Shown: positions 1 to 7,848 of the stretch, piece after piece
How the letters are laid out: every line of letters begins with the position of its first letter
Numbering within the stretch: position 1 is the first letter of the stretch
Source: Candidatus Daviesbacteria bacterium
Lineage (GTDB): Bacteria > Patescibacteriota > Microgenomatia > Daviesbacterales > UBA10151
NCBI GenBank assembly: GCA_016187035.1
Contig: JACPKL010000008.1
Location: 35,990-99,989, forward strand
Reading direction: 5' to 3'
DNA: 64,000 bases
Made by a program: the position numbers and the translations under genes
Notes under the pieces: model-generated
What the model was told of the DNA's origin: nothing
Seen by the model: only the letters and a program-made list of their open reading frames with translations
Databases searched by the model: none

Positions 1-2
1 CT

Positions 3-299
3 GGACAAAAGGGTAATTTATATCTTTTTTCCCATTCCACAGATGCTCCCTGGAATATTGTCAGGTTTAATGCTATATTTTATTTACTAAGGGAACTGGT
101 ACCAGGGGATAGGGTAATTATTTTTTATCAAAATAAACGTTATGATTATATAGTTTTTGATAAAACAATAGCTTTTCCTCAAGATGTGTCTTACTTGACT
201 AATAAGTACGATACTCCTGTTTTAACTTTACAAACCTGTGACCCGCCAGGAACCCTTTTAAACAGGCTGGTTGTGAGAGCAAGGCTGGTAAATTCTTAA
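3..299 (+). CDS. Sortase-family transpeptidase, C-terminal part (5' end outside window)
   Basis: Frame open from window edge to TAA 297-299. Translation GNLYLFSHS...YDTPVLTLQTCDPPGTLLNRLVVRA shows sortase His, TLxTC Cys and downstream Arg. Absent from ORF track because it has no start. Confidence 0.75.
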   Translation, partial: GQKGNLYLFSHSTDAPWNIVRFNAIFYLLRELVPGDRVIIFYQNKRYDYIVFDKTIAFPQDVSYLTNKYDTPVLTLQTCDPPGTLLNRLVVRARLVNS

Positions 300-300
300 G

Positions 301-1389
301 ATGAGCAAACGTTTTATCATCACTATCATAACAATACTAACCATCATGATTTCTGCTGGGATAGTGATTATGCTAGCTAAAGGTTATACTTTTTCCCCTA
401 AAGAAATGAAAGTTGTGGGAACCGGCATTATGACCATTTCCTCAGAGCCGGATGCTGCCTCAGTTTTCCTGGATGGACATTTAACAACTGCCACCAATGC
501 CACTGTATCTTCTTTGGCTCCTAAAAGTTATTCAGTTAAAGTGGTTAAAGAGGGTTTTATCCCCTGGGAAAAGTTGGTAGAAGTGAAAGAAGGTTTGGTC
601 ACAGATTTAAAAGTTACCCTTTTTCCAGCCATCCCCACTATTTATCCTTTAACTTTTAATGGTATTGTTAATCCATTGTTATCTCAGGATGGATCAAAAT
701 TAGCCTTTATTGTGCCTAAAGGTAAAAAGGCAGGTGTTTGGGTCTGGACCCAGACCCGCAATCAGCCAATTGCTTTTGCCCGTACTGCAGAGCCACACCA
801 GATTGCCAACAGCACTGTGGCAGATTTTTCCAGCGCCAATCTGCGCTGGTCACCTGACTCTAAACAAGTCCTGGCTACAGTTGACCAAAACAATTATCTG
901 CTTAATGCTGATTCACTAAACACAAATCCCAGGGATATTACTCCCATACTTGCTGCTACTTTAAATGAATGGGAAGAAGATATCAAGCAAACCCAGCAGT
1001 CAAGGATACTGACCATTGGGGATGCAAAGTTTAGAAAAATAGCTTCAGATTCTGCCCTGCTGCGTTGGGCTCCTGATGAGACTAAATTTATGGCCAGTGA
1101 CCAAAATACCAAAATGAAGATATATGATTTAGAGGAAAGAAAAGAATATTCTTTGCCTGAAGCTAAAGCTTATCTGTGGCTGCCTGATTCAAGGCATGTT
1201 ATTTTAGTTGAGGAAGGGGATATTGCTTTAGTTGATTTTGATGGCACTAATAAAGCTATAATTTATGCTGGTAAGTTTGAGGACTCTTTTGTTTTTCCCT
1301 GGCCGGATTCATCCCGTTTAGCTATTATCAGCTCATTCCCCACCCCTACAGCCTCAGAGCCAAACCTGTATGGGATAAACTTAAGGTAG
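301..1389 (+). CDS. Membrane-anchored PEGA-domain / beta-propeller-like protein
   Basis: N-terminal TM helix. PEGA-like segment ASVFLDGHLTTATNATVSSLAPKSYSVKVVKEGFIPW. Repeated LRWSPDSK / LRWAPDETK / LWLPDSRH blade-like motifs. ATG lies 1 nt after the sortase stop. Confidence 0.6.
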   Translation: MSKRFIITIITILTIMISAGIVIMLAKGYTFSPKEMKVVGTGIMTISSEPDAASVFLDGHLTTATNATVSSLAPKSYSVKVVKEGFIPWEKLVEVKEGLVTDLKVTLFPAIPTIYPLTFNGIVNPLLSQDGSKLAFIVPKGKKAGVWVWTQTRNQPIAFARTAEPHQIANSTVADFSSANLRWSPDSKQVLATVDQNNYLLNADSLNTNPRDITPILAATLNEWEEDIKQTQQSRILTIGDAKFRKIASDSALLRWAPDETKFMASDQNTKMKIYDLEERKEYSLPEAKAYLWLPDSRHVILVEEGDIALVDFDGTNKAIIYAGKFEDSFVFPWPDSSRLAIISSFPTPTASEPNLYGINLR

Positions 1390-1446
1390 TTTGACCCATT
1401 TAGTATATCTTGTGAGTGGGTTTTCCCCTTGATAAAATAACACCAG

Positions 1447-1497
1447 TGTCATCCCTGCGAAAGCAGGGATCCATACAAAATCAAGTACGGAATGACA
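1447..1497. repeat. TGTCAT...ATGACA palindromic (MITE-like) element, 51 nt
   Basis: Termini are tgtcatcc / ggaatgaca. Inner perfect stem is ccctgc-GAAA-gcaggg. Intergenic, upstream of mreB. Confidence 0.8.
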
Positions 1498-1507
1498 GAG
1501 GAAGTTT

Positions 1508-2524
1508 ATGTTTAATTTCTCCAAAAGAGTTGGGATTGACCTTGGTACTGCTAATTCCTTAGTTTACCTGGCTGGACAGGGTATTGTGTTAAACGAGCCA
1601 ACAGTGGTAGCTATCACCACAGATGATAACAGGGTTTTGGCTGTTGGGAATGAGGCTAAAGAAATGCTTGGCAGGACTCCCGGGAATATTATGGCCTCCC
1701 GTCCTATGAAAGACGGGGTAATTGCTGATTATGTGATTACTGAAGCTATGATCAGATATTTTTTGGATAAAGCTTGTGGACAAAGCAGGTTGTTTAAACC
1801 TGAGGTGATGGTTTGCGCCCCGGCAGGAGTAACTTCAGTAGAAAAAAGGGCTATTTTAGATGCCACGCTGTCAGCCGGAGCCAAGACTGCTTTTTTAATA
1901 GATGAGCCTTTAGCTGCAGCCATTGGGGCTAAAATTCCTATAGCCAACCCTTCAGGTAACATGATTGTGGATATTGGCGGAGGAACCACAGAGGCAGCAG
2001 TGATTTGTTTAGGAGGAGTAGTGGTTCATTCATCAGTTCGGGTAGGGGGTAATAAGCTGGATGAGGCCATCCAGAATTTTGTCAGAAAAAAGCATAATTT
2101 AGTCATAGGGGATAATATGGCTGAGGAGGTTAAAATTAAGATTGGTTCTGCTACCAAGCTTAAGCCTAGTGAGGTTAGTAAAATGGCAGTCAGGGGAAGG
2201 GATGCTTTTACTGGTTTACCCAGGACAGTGGAGGTCAGCTCTGAGGAAGTTACAGAAGCTCTTTCAGAGATAGCCCAAAAAATTGTTTCAGCAGTTAAAG
2301 GGGTTTTGGAAAATATTCCTCCTGAGCTGGCCTCAGATATTATTGATAAGGGAATAGTGATGAGCGGGGGAACCTCACTGTTAAGAAACTTGGATAAACT
2401 GTTAACAGATTCTTTAGGAGTGCCTGCTTCTTTAGCAGAAAACCCGCTTTTATGTGTAGCCTTGGGAACAGGACTAGCCCTAGAAAACCTGGATCTGTAC
2501 AAAAGATCAGTTTCTAGAAGATAA
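1508..2524 (+). CDS. mreB: Rod shape-determining protein MreB (copy 1)
   Basis: Actin-fold motifs GIDLGTANSLV, DEPLAAAIGA, DIGGGTTE. 338 aa, full length. Confidence 0.9.
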   Translation: MFNFSKRVGIDLGTANSLVYLAGQGIVLNEPTVVAITTDDNRVLAVGNEAKEMLGRTPGNIMASRPMKDGVIADYVITEAMIRYFLDKACGQSRLFKPEVMVCAPAGVTSVEKRAILDATLSAGAKTAFLIDEPLAAAIGAKIPIANPSGNMIVDIGGGTTEAAVICLGGVVVHSSVRVGGNKLDEAIQNFVRKKHNLVIGDNMAEEVKIKIGSATKLKPSEVSKMAVRGRDAFTGLPRTVEVSSEEVTEALSEIAQKIVSAVKGVLENIPPELASDIIDKGIVMSGGTSLLRNLDKLLTDSLGVPASLAENPLLCVALGTGLALENLDLYKRSVSRR

Positions 2525-2531
2525 TAGTTAT

Positions 2532-3782
2532 ATGACTATTGGTTTTGACGGGTCAAGGGCTTTTGGACAAAATAAGCAAAGCTCTTCCTGGAATGAGCAA
2601 AGCTCTTCCTGGAATGAGCAAAGCTCTTCCTGGAATGAGCAAAGCTCTTCCTGGAATAAAACAGGAACAGAAAATTATTCTTATCAGCTGTTAAAAGCAT
2701 TGGCAAAAATTGACAATAAGAATAGCTATATTGTTTATTTAAGACCTGATGTGGTTATTCCTGGTTTTTCTTCTGTCGTTCCGAACGTAGTTATGTTCGC
2801 TCGCAATGACCAGGAGGATTGGCCGGAAAATTTCCAATTTAGGGTTATTCCCTGGCCCAGGTTTTGGACCCAGGGAGGCCTAGCTTTGCAGACTTTTAAA
2901 GACAAGTTGGATGTGCTATTTATTCCTTCCCATACCTTGCCTTTAATCAGGAAAAGAGGGCTTAAGACTATGATTACAGTACATGATTTAGGATCAGAGT
3001 ATCTGCCATCAATGCACCAAATTAAGCAGCGGTTATATTTGTCTTTTATGCAAAAATACCAGCTTAAAACTGCTAGCAAGATAATTGCAGTATCAAAGGC
3101 TACCAAACTAGATCTAATTAACAAAATAGGTATCAAGTCAGATAAAATAACAGTTGTTTATGAAGGATATGATGAAAAAAGATTTAAGATTCAAGATTTA
3201 AGATTTAAGAATGATATAAAAGTTAATAGTTTGAGATACTTTTTGTTTGTAGGGACAGTACAACCAAGGAAGAATTTGGAAAGGGTAATAAGAGCTTTCT
3301 CAACTCACCTCGAAGGTGAAAAAATGCAGTTACACCTTCGAGGTGGATTGAAGCTGCTGATTGCTGGTTCCAAGGGTTGGTTATCTGATGAAATATATAA
3401 ACTCCCTAAAAAACTGGGAATAGAGGATAAAGTCAAGTTTTTAGGCTATGTGCCTGACGAAAAGCTGGCTTATCTTTATAAAGGAGCTATAGCTTTGGTT
3501 TTTCCCTCTCTTTTTGAAGGATTTGGTTTGCCTATTCTGGAAGCCCAAGCTTGTAGTTGCCCGGTGATTACCTCAAACCTCTCATCCATGCCTGAAGTGG
3601 CAGGTAAAGGAGCAATTTTAGTGAATCCGTATTCTGTAGATGATATAGTAAGGGGGATGGTACAAGTTCAAAGTTCAAAGTTCAAAGTTCAAAGTTTGAT
3701 AAAAGCAGGGCTTCAGAATGTTAAAAGATTTAGCTGGGAAAAGGCAGCGAGGGAAACATTGAAAGTGCTATCGTCATCCTGA
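2532..3782 (+). CDS. Glycosyltransferase family 4 (GT-B, GT1-type C-terminal domain)
   Basis: FPSLFEGFGLPILEAQACSCPVITSNLSSMPEVAG (E-x7-E region). N-terminus MTIGFDGSRAF is typical of GT4. Carries several in-frame repeat insertions. Confidence 0.85.
   Translation: MTIGFDGSRAFGQNKQSSSWNEQSSSWNEQSSSWNEQSSSWNKTGTENYSYQLLKALAKIDNKNSYIVYLRPDVVIPGFSSVVPNVVMFARNDQEDWPENFQFRVIPWPRFWTQGGLALQTFKDKLDVLFIPSHTLPLIRKRGLKTMITVHDLGSEYLPSMHQIKQRLYLSFMQKYQLKTASKIIAVSKATKLDLINKIGIKSDKITVVYEGYDEKRFKIQDLRFKNDIKVNSLRYFLFVGTVQPRKNLERVIRAFSTHLEGEKMQLHLRGGLKLLIAGSKGWLSDEIYKLPKKLGIEDKVKFLGYVPDEKLAYLYKGAIALVFPSLFEGFGLPILEAQACSCPVITSNLSSMPEVAGKGAILVNPYSVDDIVRGMVQVQSSKFKVQSLIKAGLQNVKRFSWEKAARETLKVLSSS
2576..2659 (+). 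repeat. Tandem repeat, 21 bp x 4 (gcaaagctcttcctggaatga)
   Basis: Three identical units and a fourth with one mismatch. Encodes (QSSSWNE)x4 near the GT4 N-terminus. Confidence 0.95.
3179..3213 (+). repeat. Heptanucleotide-period array (aagattt family), in frame in GT4
   Basis: aagattt aagattc aagattt aagattt aagaatg. Translated KRFKIQDLRFKND. Confidence 0.85.
3306..3345 (+). repeat. Perfect hairpin element (13-bp stem, 14-nt loop), in frame in GT4
   Basis: cacctcgaaggtg (3306-3318) and caccttcgaggtg (3333-3345) are exact reverse complements. Translated HLEGEKMQLHLRG. A second copy lies at 59238-59307. Confidence 0.9.
3663..3696 (+). repeat. Heptanucleotide-period array (caaagtt), in frame in GT4
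   Basis: caagtt followed by caaagtt x4. Translated VQVQSSKFKVQS. Confidence 0.9.
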
Positions 3783-3796
3783 TACGAATTTCGCAG

Positions 3797-3877
3797 TGTC
3801 ATTGCGAGGAAGGAGTCTTCGACTGACGAAGCAATCTTCCGAGCTGGGAAGATTCCTCGGATGCACTCGGAATGACA
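3797..3877. repeat. TGTCAT...ATGACA palindromic (MITE-like) element, 81 nt
   Basis: tgtcattgcgagg...ctcggaatgaca. Inner stem aatcttcc-gagctg-ggaagatt. Fills the GT4/GT26 intergenic spacer. Confidence 0.8.
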
Positions 3878-3887
3878 GAAAGGGATT

Positions 3888-4661
3888 ATGAAGAAGGATG
3901 TTCTTGGAATCAAAATTGATGATGTTAATATTAACCAAGCTGTGGAAGTAGTATTTGGGTGGTTGAAAGAGGGAGGTAGGCGCTACATTGTTACTCCTAA
4001 TCCTGAGATAGTGGTGATGGCTCAAAAAGACCAAGAACTTAAAAATATTTTGAATAATGCAGATCTGGTAATTCCTGATGGGGTTGGTTTAAAAATAGCA
4101 ACTGATATAGTTTGTAATACTCCAGGAATAGACTTAATGGAAGCATTAATAAAATTAAGCAATGGAAAAGGCTTTACAACAGCCTTTTTAGGAGGCAAAG
4201 AAGGAGTAGCAGAAAAAGCAGCTGAGTGCTTACTGCGGAAGTATCCAAACCTTAAAATCTCATTCACTGGTTCTGGTGGTGAAATAAATGAGAATGGAGA
4301 GTTAATAGGAGAAGATTTAAGATTTAAGATTTATGATTTAAGAGATAAAAACGTTCATAAATCGTTAATCGTTAATCGTAAATCTCTGCCGAAGGCAGAT
4401 CTGCTCTTTATAGGTTTTGGTCCTCCAAAACAGGAAAAATGGATTGCTAAGAATTTAAATAAACTGCCTGTGAAGATAGCTATGGTTGTAGGGGGATCAT
4501 TAGATTATTTGTCTGGCCAAGTGCCAAGAGCTCCTAAATTTATCAGAAGCTTAGGATTGGAATGGCTATTTAGGCTAATAATTCAGCCCTGGAGGATCAG
4601 AAGACAGCTTGCGTTGCTCAAATATCTTTGGTTAATTTGGACAATGGATGGTGGAAAATAG
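3888..4661 (+). CDS. WecB/TagA/CpsF-family glycosyltransferase (GT26)
   Basis: VTPNPEIVVMAQKD, IPDGVGL, FIGFGPPKQEKWI, GGSLDYLSGQVPRAPKFIRSLGLEWLFRLIIQPWRIRR. Confidence 0.85.
   Translation: MKKDVLGIKIDDVNINQAVEVVFGWLKEGGRRYIVTPNPEIVVMAQKDQELKNILNNADLVIPDGVGLKIATDIVCNTPGIDLMEALIKLSNGKGFTTAFLGGKEGVAEKAAECLLRKYPNLKISFTGSGGEINENGELIGEDLRFKIYDLRDKNVHKSLIVNRKSLPKADLLFIGFGPPKQEKWIAKNLNKLPVKIAMVVGGSLDYLSGQVPRAPKFIRSLGLEWLFRLIIQPWRIRRQLALLKYLWLIWTMDGGK
4311..4385 (+). repeat. 75-nt heptamer-based imperfect hairpin, in frame in GT26 gene
   Basis: Left arm is aagattt-type units (4312-4346). Right arm is aaatcgt/taatcgt units (4356-4385), roughly the reverse complement. This is exactly 25 codons (EDLRFKIYDLRDKNVHKSLIVNRKS). 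Confidence 0.8.
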
Positions 4662-4787
4662 AAGATAGTGGTGGAAGGTAGATAATAGATGATAGATAAT
4701 TTCTATCTTCTAAGAGCGAAGCTCGCAAGCTTTGCTTATATTCTATTTTCAAAAATACCATCTTCCATATTCTATCATCTATCGTCT
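4651..4787. repeat. Composite purine-rich / pyrimidine-rich repeat block with central gagcgaagc core
   Basis: gaaaatagaa / ttctattttc and gatgatagata / tctatcatctatc occur as reverse complements. Centre is taagagcgaagctcgcaagctttgcttatattct. Intergenic, overlapping the GT26 stop. Confidence 0.75.
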
Positions 4788-4798
4788 AATATAATAAT

Positions 4799-5302
4799 AT
4801 GATAATCACAAAAAGCGCTAAAGATTTAAAACCAGTGTTAATGAAAGGAGCAAAATCAGGAGTTAAAAACCCCTATTATTTGATTGAAGATCAGGATCAA
4901 GTCATATTTGTAGTTGCTCCTGGGAGAAATGGCATAGAGTTTAATAAAACTTTAGGTTATTTTAGCTTTTTTCCTAATATGCAAACCTATCAGTGTTTAT
5001 ATGGACAAGGGGTAATTGTCATGCAGAGAAATGATGATTTTGGAGCAAAAGAGTTTAAAGTGGTAACTATAAATTCTAATAAACAAATTTTAGTGCCAGC
5101 AGGCTGGGGAATGTGCTTAATTAATACTGGAACTAACTTGTTAGTAGTAATAAGGAGCAGCAGGTTTGATGATAAGTATCTGGATACTAAACCAATTTTA
5201 GAAAAAAAGGGTTTTGCCTATTATATTGTGGAGAAAAAGGGTGAGATCAGTTTTGAGGAAAACCCTAATTATTCCATGCACCCACAGATTACTACAGAGT
5301 GA
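4799..5302 (+). CDS. Cupin-fold protein (cupin-type glucose-6-phosphate-isomerase-like; function uncertain)
   Basis: 167 aa. The beta-rich pattern GIEFNKTLGYF...YGQGVIVMQ...VPAGWGMCLINTG resembles cupin PGI-like proteins, but the metal-binding His residues are not obvious. Confidence 0.35.
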   Translation: MIITKSAKDLKPVLMKGAKSGVKNPYYLIEDQDQVIFVVAPGRNGIEFNKTLGYFSFFPNMQTYQCLYGQGVIVMQRNDDFGAKEFKVVTINSNKQILVPAGWGMCLINTGTNLLVVIRSSRFDDKYLDTKPILEKKGFAYYIVEKKGEISFEENPNYSMHPQITTE

Positions 5303-5334
5303 TAGTTTTTAGCTTTAGGACAACATATCCAAGT

Positions 5335-5550
5335 TTAATTAGCAGAAGATACCTTCTGAGTGATACCCAATAACCAGAGTACTGCTTCCTTTTTGTAGCG
5401 GCGGTCTCCTCTGGAATTTATTCTGATAGCTGGGAGTTTTCCTCTTTTACCCCATCTTTTAATAGTTAAAGGAGAAACTCTGAGAACTTGTGCAACTTCT
5501 CTAACAGTTAATAAATCAGGGAGATGTTCAAGGGAGATTTTATCAGCCAT
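5335..5550 (-). CDS. Excisionase/MerR-type helix-turn-helix DNA-binding protein
   Basis: LLTVREVAQVLRVSPLTIKRWGKRGKLPAIRINSRGDRRYKKEAV matches the excisionase-family HTH pattern. Confidence 0.7.
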   Translation of the reverse strand: MADKISLEHLPDLLTVREVAQVLRVSPLTIKRWGKRGKLPAIRINSRGDRRYKKEAVLWLLGITQKVSSAN

Positions 5551-5613
5551 TCTGTCTCAGAATATATCACATGGTTTCAGAGCATGTCAATACCCAGCCG
5601 TGTTGTTCCAGGG

Positions 5614-6054
5614 TTATTGTAATTCTACAGTAGCACCTGCTGCTGTTAATTTGGTTTTTGCTTCTTCAGCTGTTTGTTTGTTAACATTTTCTAAAACCGG
5701 TTTTGGAGCTGCTTCTACCAAATCTTTAGCTTCTTTAAGTCCTAAAGTAGGTACTAATTCCCTGACAGCTTTAATTACGGCTATTTTATTAGCTCCTGCT
5801 TGAGAAAGGACCACATTAAAGGTTGTTTTCTCCTCTTGCGGCTCACCTGCTGCTTGCCCTGAGTTTGTCGAAGGGGCTACTGCCACAGGCGCTTGAGCTG
5901 ATACACCAAACTTATCTTCCAGAGTATGGACTAAATCTGCCAGTTCTAGAACTGATAATTTCTCAATAGTAGCAATTATTCCTTCTAAGTTTTTACTAAC
6001 TGGTTTCTTTTCAGAAGACTTAGATTTCTGATCTTGTGTATTATCCATGTTCAT
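5614..6054 (-). CDS. rplL: 50S ribosomal protein L7/L12 with about 20-aa K/S-rich N-terminal extension
   Basis: [26 protein letters not shown]...[31 protein letters not shown]...ATVELQ. Confidence 0.9.
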   Translation of the reverse strand: MNMDNTQDQKSKSSEKKPVSKNLEGIIATIEKLSVLELADLVHTLEDKFGVSAQAPVAVAPSTNSGQAAGEPQEEKTTFNVVLSQAGANKIAVIKAVRELVPTLGLKEAKDLVEAAPKPVLENVNKQTAEEAKTKLTAAGATVELQ

Positions 6055-6055
6055 T

Positions 6056-6147
6056 TGTCATTCTGAACGAAGTGAAGAATCTCTAGACTTGTTCTAAATA
6101 CATCTGAAATGAATTCAGAGATCCTTCGCTAATCGCTCAGGATGACG
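6056..6147. repeat. TGTCAT...ATGACG palindromic (MITE-like) element, 92 nt
   Basis: Left arm tgtcattctgaacgaagtgaagaatctct. Right arm agagatccttcgctaatcgctcaggatgacg. Fills the rplJ-rplL spacer and overlaps the last codons and stop of rplJ. Confidence 0.85.
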
Positions 6148-6679
6148 CTTGCGTGTCACCCCCCTTCATCTTTTGAATTTCTGAAAGTGCATATACTAAA
6201 TTTCTTAAGTTAGCTTGCAACACTCCCACAATTCCTTGCAAAGGAGCAACTAATACTCCTACTGTTTTAGCTCTTAGCTCCGGTTTTGAAGGAAGGGTGG
6301 AAAGTTGGATAATCTTTGCTTCATCCAGGCTGTCTTTACCTAAAAATCCTGATTTTACTTTACCTAAGCTGGCATCTTTTAATATTTTAACTAATATTTT
6401 AATAGGGGAGATCTCATCATCATAAGCAAAAAGTGCGGCAGTAGGACCTTCTAGATTGGAAGTTGGAAGTTGGAGGCTAGAAGCTGGAAGGGCACGCTCT
6501 AAAAGAGTATTCTTAGTAATACTAAATTCTGCAGATTGTTCCCTGAGTTTATTTCTTAGATCAGAGAGTTGCTTCATGGTCAGACCTTTGTAGTCTGTAA
6601 AAACCACTGCTTTAGCTTTAGCTAATTTTTCCTGTAATTTAATAACCAAATCTTGCTTTTGTTGTCTTGTTTTAGCCAT
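6137..6679 (-). CDS. rplJ: 50S ribosomal protein L10
   Basis: MAKTRQQKQDLVIKLQEKLAKAKAVVFTDYKGLTMKQLSDLRNKLRE. I place the start at ATG 6679. The 33 upstream codons of the track ORF look like non-coding leader. Confidence 0.85.
   Translation of the reverse strand: MAKTRQQKQDLVIKLQEKLAKAKAVVFTDYKGLTMKQLSDLRNKLREQSAEFSITKNTLLERALPASSLQLPTSNLEGPTAALFAYDDEISPIKILVKILKDASLGKVKSGFLGKDSLDEAKIIQLSTLPSKPELRAKTVGVLVAPLQGIVGVLQANLRNLVYALSEIQKMKGGDTQASS
6456..6490. repeat. Heptanucleotide-period array (ttggaag family), in frame in rplJ
   Basis: ttggaag ttggaag ttggagg ctagaag ctggaag on + strand. Read on the minus strand as PASSLQLPTSN. Confidence 0.8.
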
Positions 6680-6752
6680 ATTTGCCTTGGTTGGATTTAT
6701 GCTTCGACTGGTTCGACTACGCTCACCACCAGTCCGCTCAGCACCAACTGTC

Positions 6753-7832
6753 TTAAGCTGAATTATTATTATAACCAATTAACCACCAGAAAGCAAGCAG
6801 GTTAACCACACTTAAAGGATTAAACAGCATAGCAGTCATCAGCCCTAACAAAGCAGTTGTTTCCAGCAGTTTTTTATGCTGGATAAAGCGCTGAAAAGCT
6901 AAATATATCAGTAAAGATATTGAAACAACCCCTACCAGTCCTCCCTGGATCCAAAAATCCAGTAAAAAATTATGGGCACTGTCTACTATCTGATATTGAA
7001 CATTATTATTTAGAGAAACTGCCTCTTTGTGGATTATCTTTTGAATACTGCCAAATCCATGCCCAATAAAAGGAGATTTAAGACCTGCCATCAAAGCTGT
7101 CTGCCAAATTTCAGCACGGTTTTCAAACAGTCTTGGGGTGGCTGCAACAGGTAAGGTCAGACTAAGCATCATTAGTAAAATGCATATTATTGTTGCTTTA
7201 AGAGTTGAGGTTTTGACTCTGATGAGAATAATAAATACTACCTCAATTATTAGACCAATTAATCCAGCCCTGGAGCCTGATAATAAGATCAAAGTGCAGG
7301 TGGCAACCAGTGTCAGAAAACGTATTAATCTTCTGCAATGAGACCAGGTAAAAGGGAAGATAAACAAGGCAGTGGCAGCCAGGGCGTTTGGTTCACCCAG
7401 TGTGCCAAAAGCCCGTCCCTCAAAACTTCCTAAAATTACTGTTCCCATAAAAAGAAAAAGTAAAGACAATTGATACAGAAATTTAGGTATTTGATCTAGT
7501 TGGATATTTTTGGTCATTAGGGAGAAAAGTAATAAAGACATAAACAAAAATTGCCCCTGCAATCTAAAAGCATTACCAAAAAAAGCTCCAGCGCTCTTAA
7601 AAAGCAAGCTGGTATCCAAACTTAAAATAAACAAAATGCCTACAAAAATAATTTGAGGATTGATGAATTGTTTAAGCTGAGGTTTTTTAAAATTAATTAT
7701 TTTTAGGAAAAGCAGGGTATTAATAACTGCCTCTGTTAGAATCACCTTAGGAGTTTCAAAAGGGGAAATGCCGATGGGAATAACTACCAGGGGTAAAAAG
7801 AATAATAAAAAGACAACAAGGTATGCAGCCAC
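6753..7832 (-). CDS. O-antigen ligase / Wzy-like polytopic membrane protein
   Basis: About 10 TM segments. LGEPNALAATALFIFPF and LLSGSRAGLIGLII are typical of the O-antigen ligase family. Confidence 0.65.
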   Translation of the reverse strand: MAAYLVVFLLFFLPLVVIPIGISPFETPKVILTEAVINTLLFLKIINFKKPQLKQFINPQIIFVGILFILSLDTSLLFKSAGAFFGNAFRLQGQFLFMSLLLFSLMTKNIQLDQIPKFLYQLSLLFLFMGTVILGSFEGRAFGTLGEPNALAATALFIFPFTWSHCRRLIRFLTLVATCTLILLSGSRAGLIGLIIEVVFIILIRVKTSTLKATIICILLMMLSLTLPVAATPRLFENRAEIWQTALMAGLKSPFIGHGFGSIQKIIHKEAVSLNNNVQYQIVDSAHNFLLDFWIQGGLVGVVSISLLIYLAFQRFIQHKKLLETTALLGLMTAMLFNPLSVVNLLAFWWLIGYNNNSA

Positions 7833-7848
7833 AATATTAGTGTAGCAT

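Noticed and set aside
1589-2502. Minus-strand ORFs inside mreB (1589-1783, 1729-1989, 2026-2502) and similar antisense ORFs in other strong genes (e.g. 16423-16933, 52159-52536, 62547-62915)
   Set aside because: They lie antisense to well-supported conserved genes and have low-complexity translations and no motifs.
2576-4385. CRISPR array interpretation of the tandem and heptamer repeats
   Set aside because: The units are contiguous (7, 9, 12 or 21 nt) with no unique spacers of 25-40 nt between them. They lie in frame in genes, and no cas genes are present.
6680-6778. N-terminal 33 codons of the track's rplJ ORF, and a possible L10-leader RNA
   Set aside because: The conserved L10 sequence begins at MAKTRQQ (ATG 6679), and the extension overlaps the upstream gene's stop. 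A regulatory L10 leader may exist here, but I cannot verify its structure by eye.
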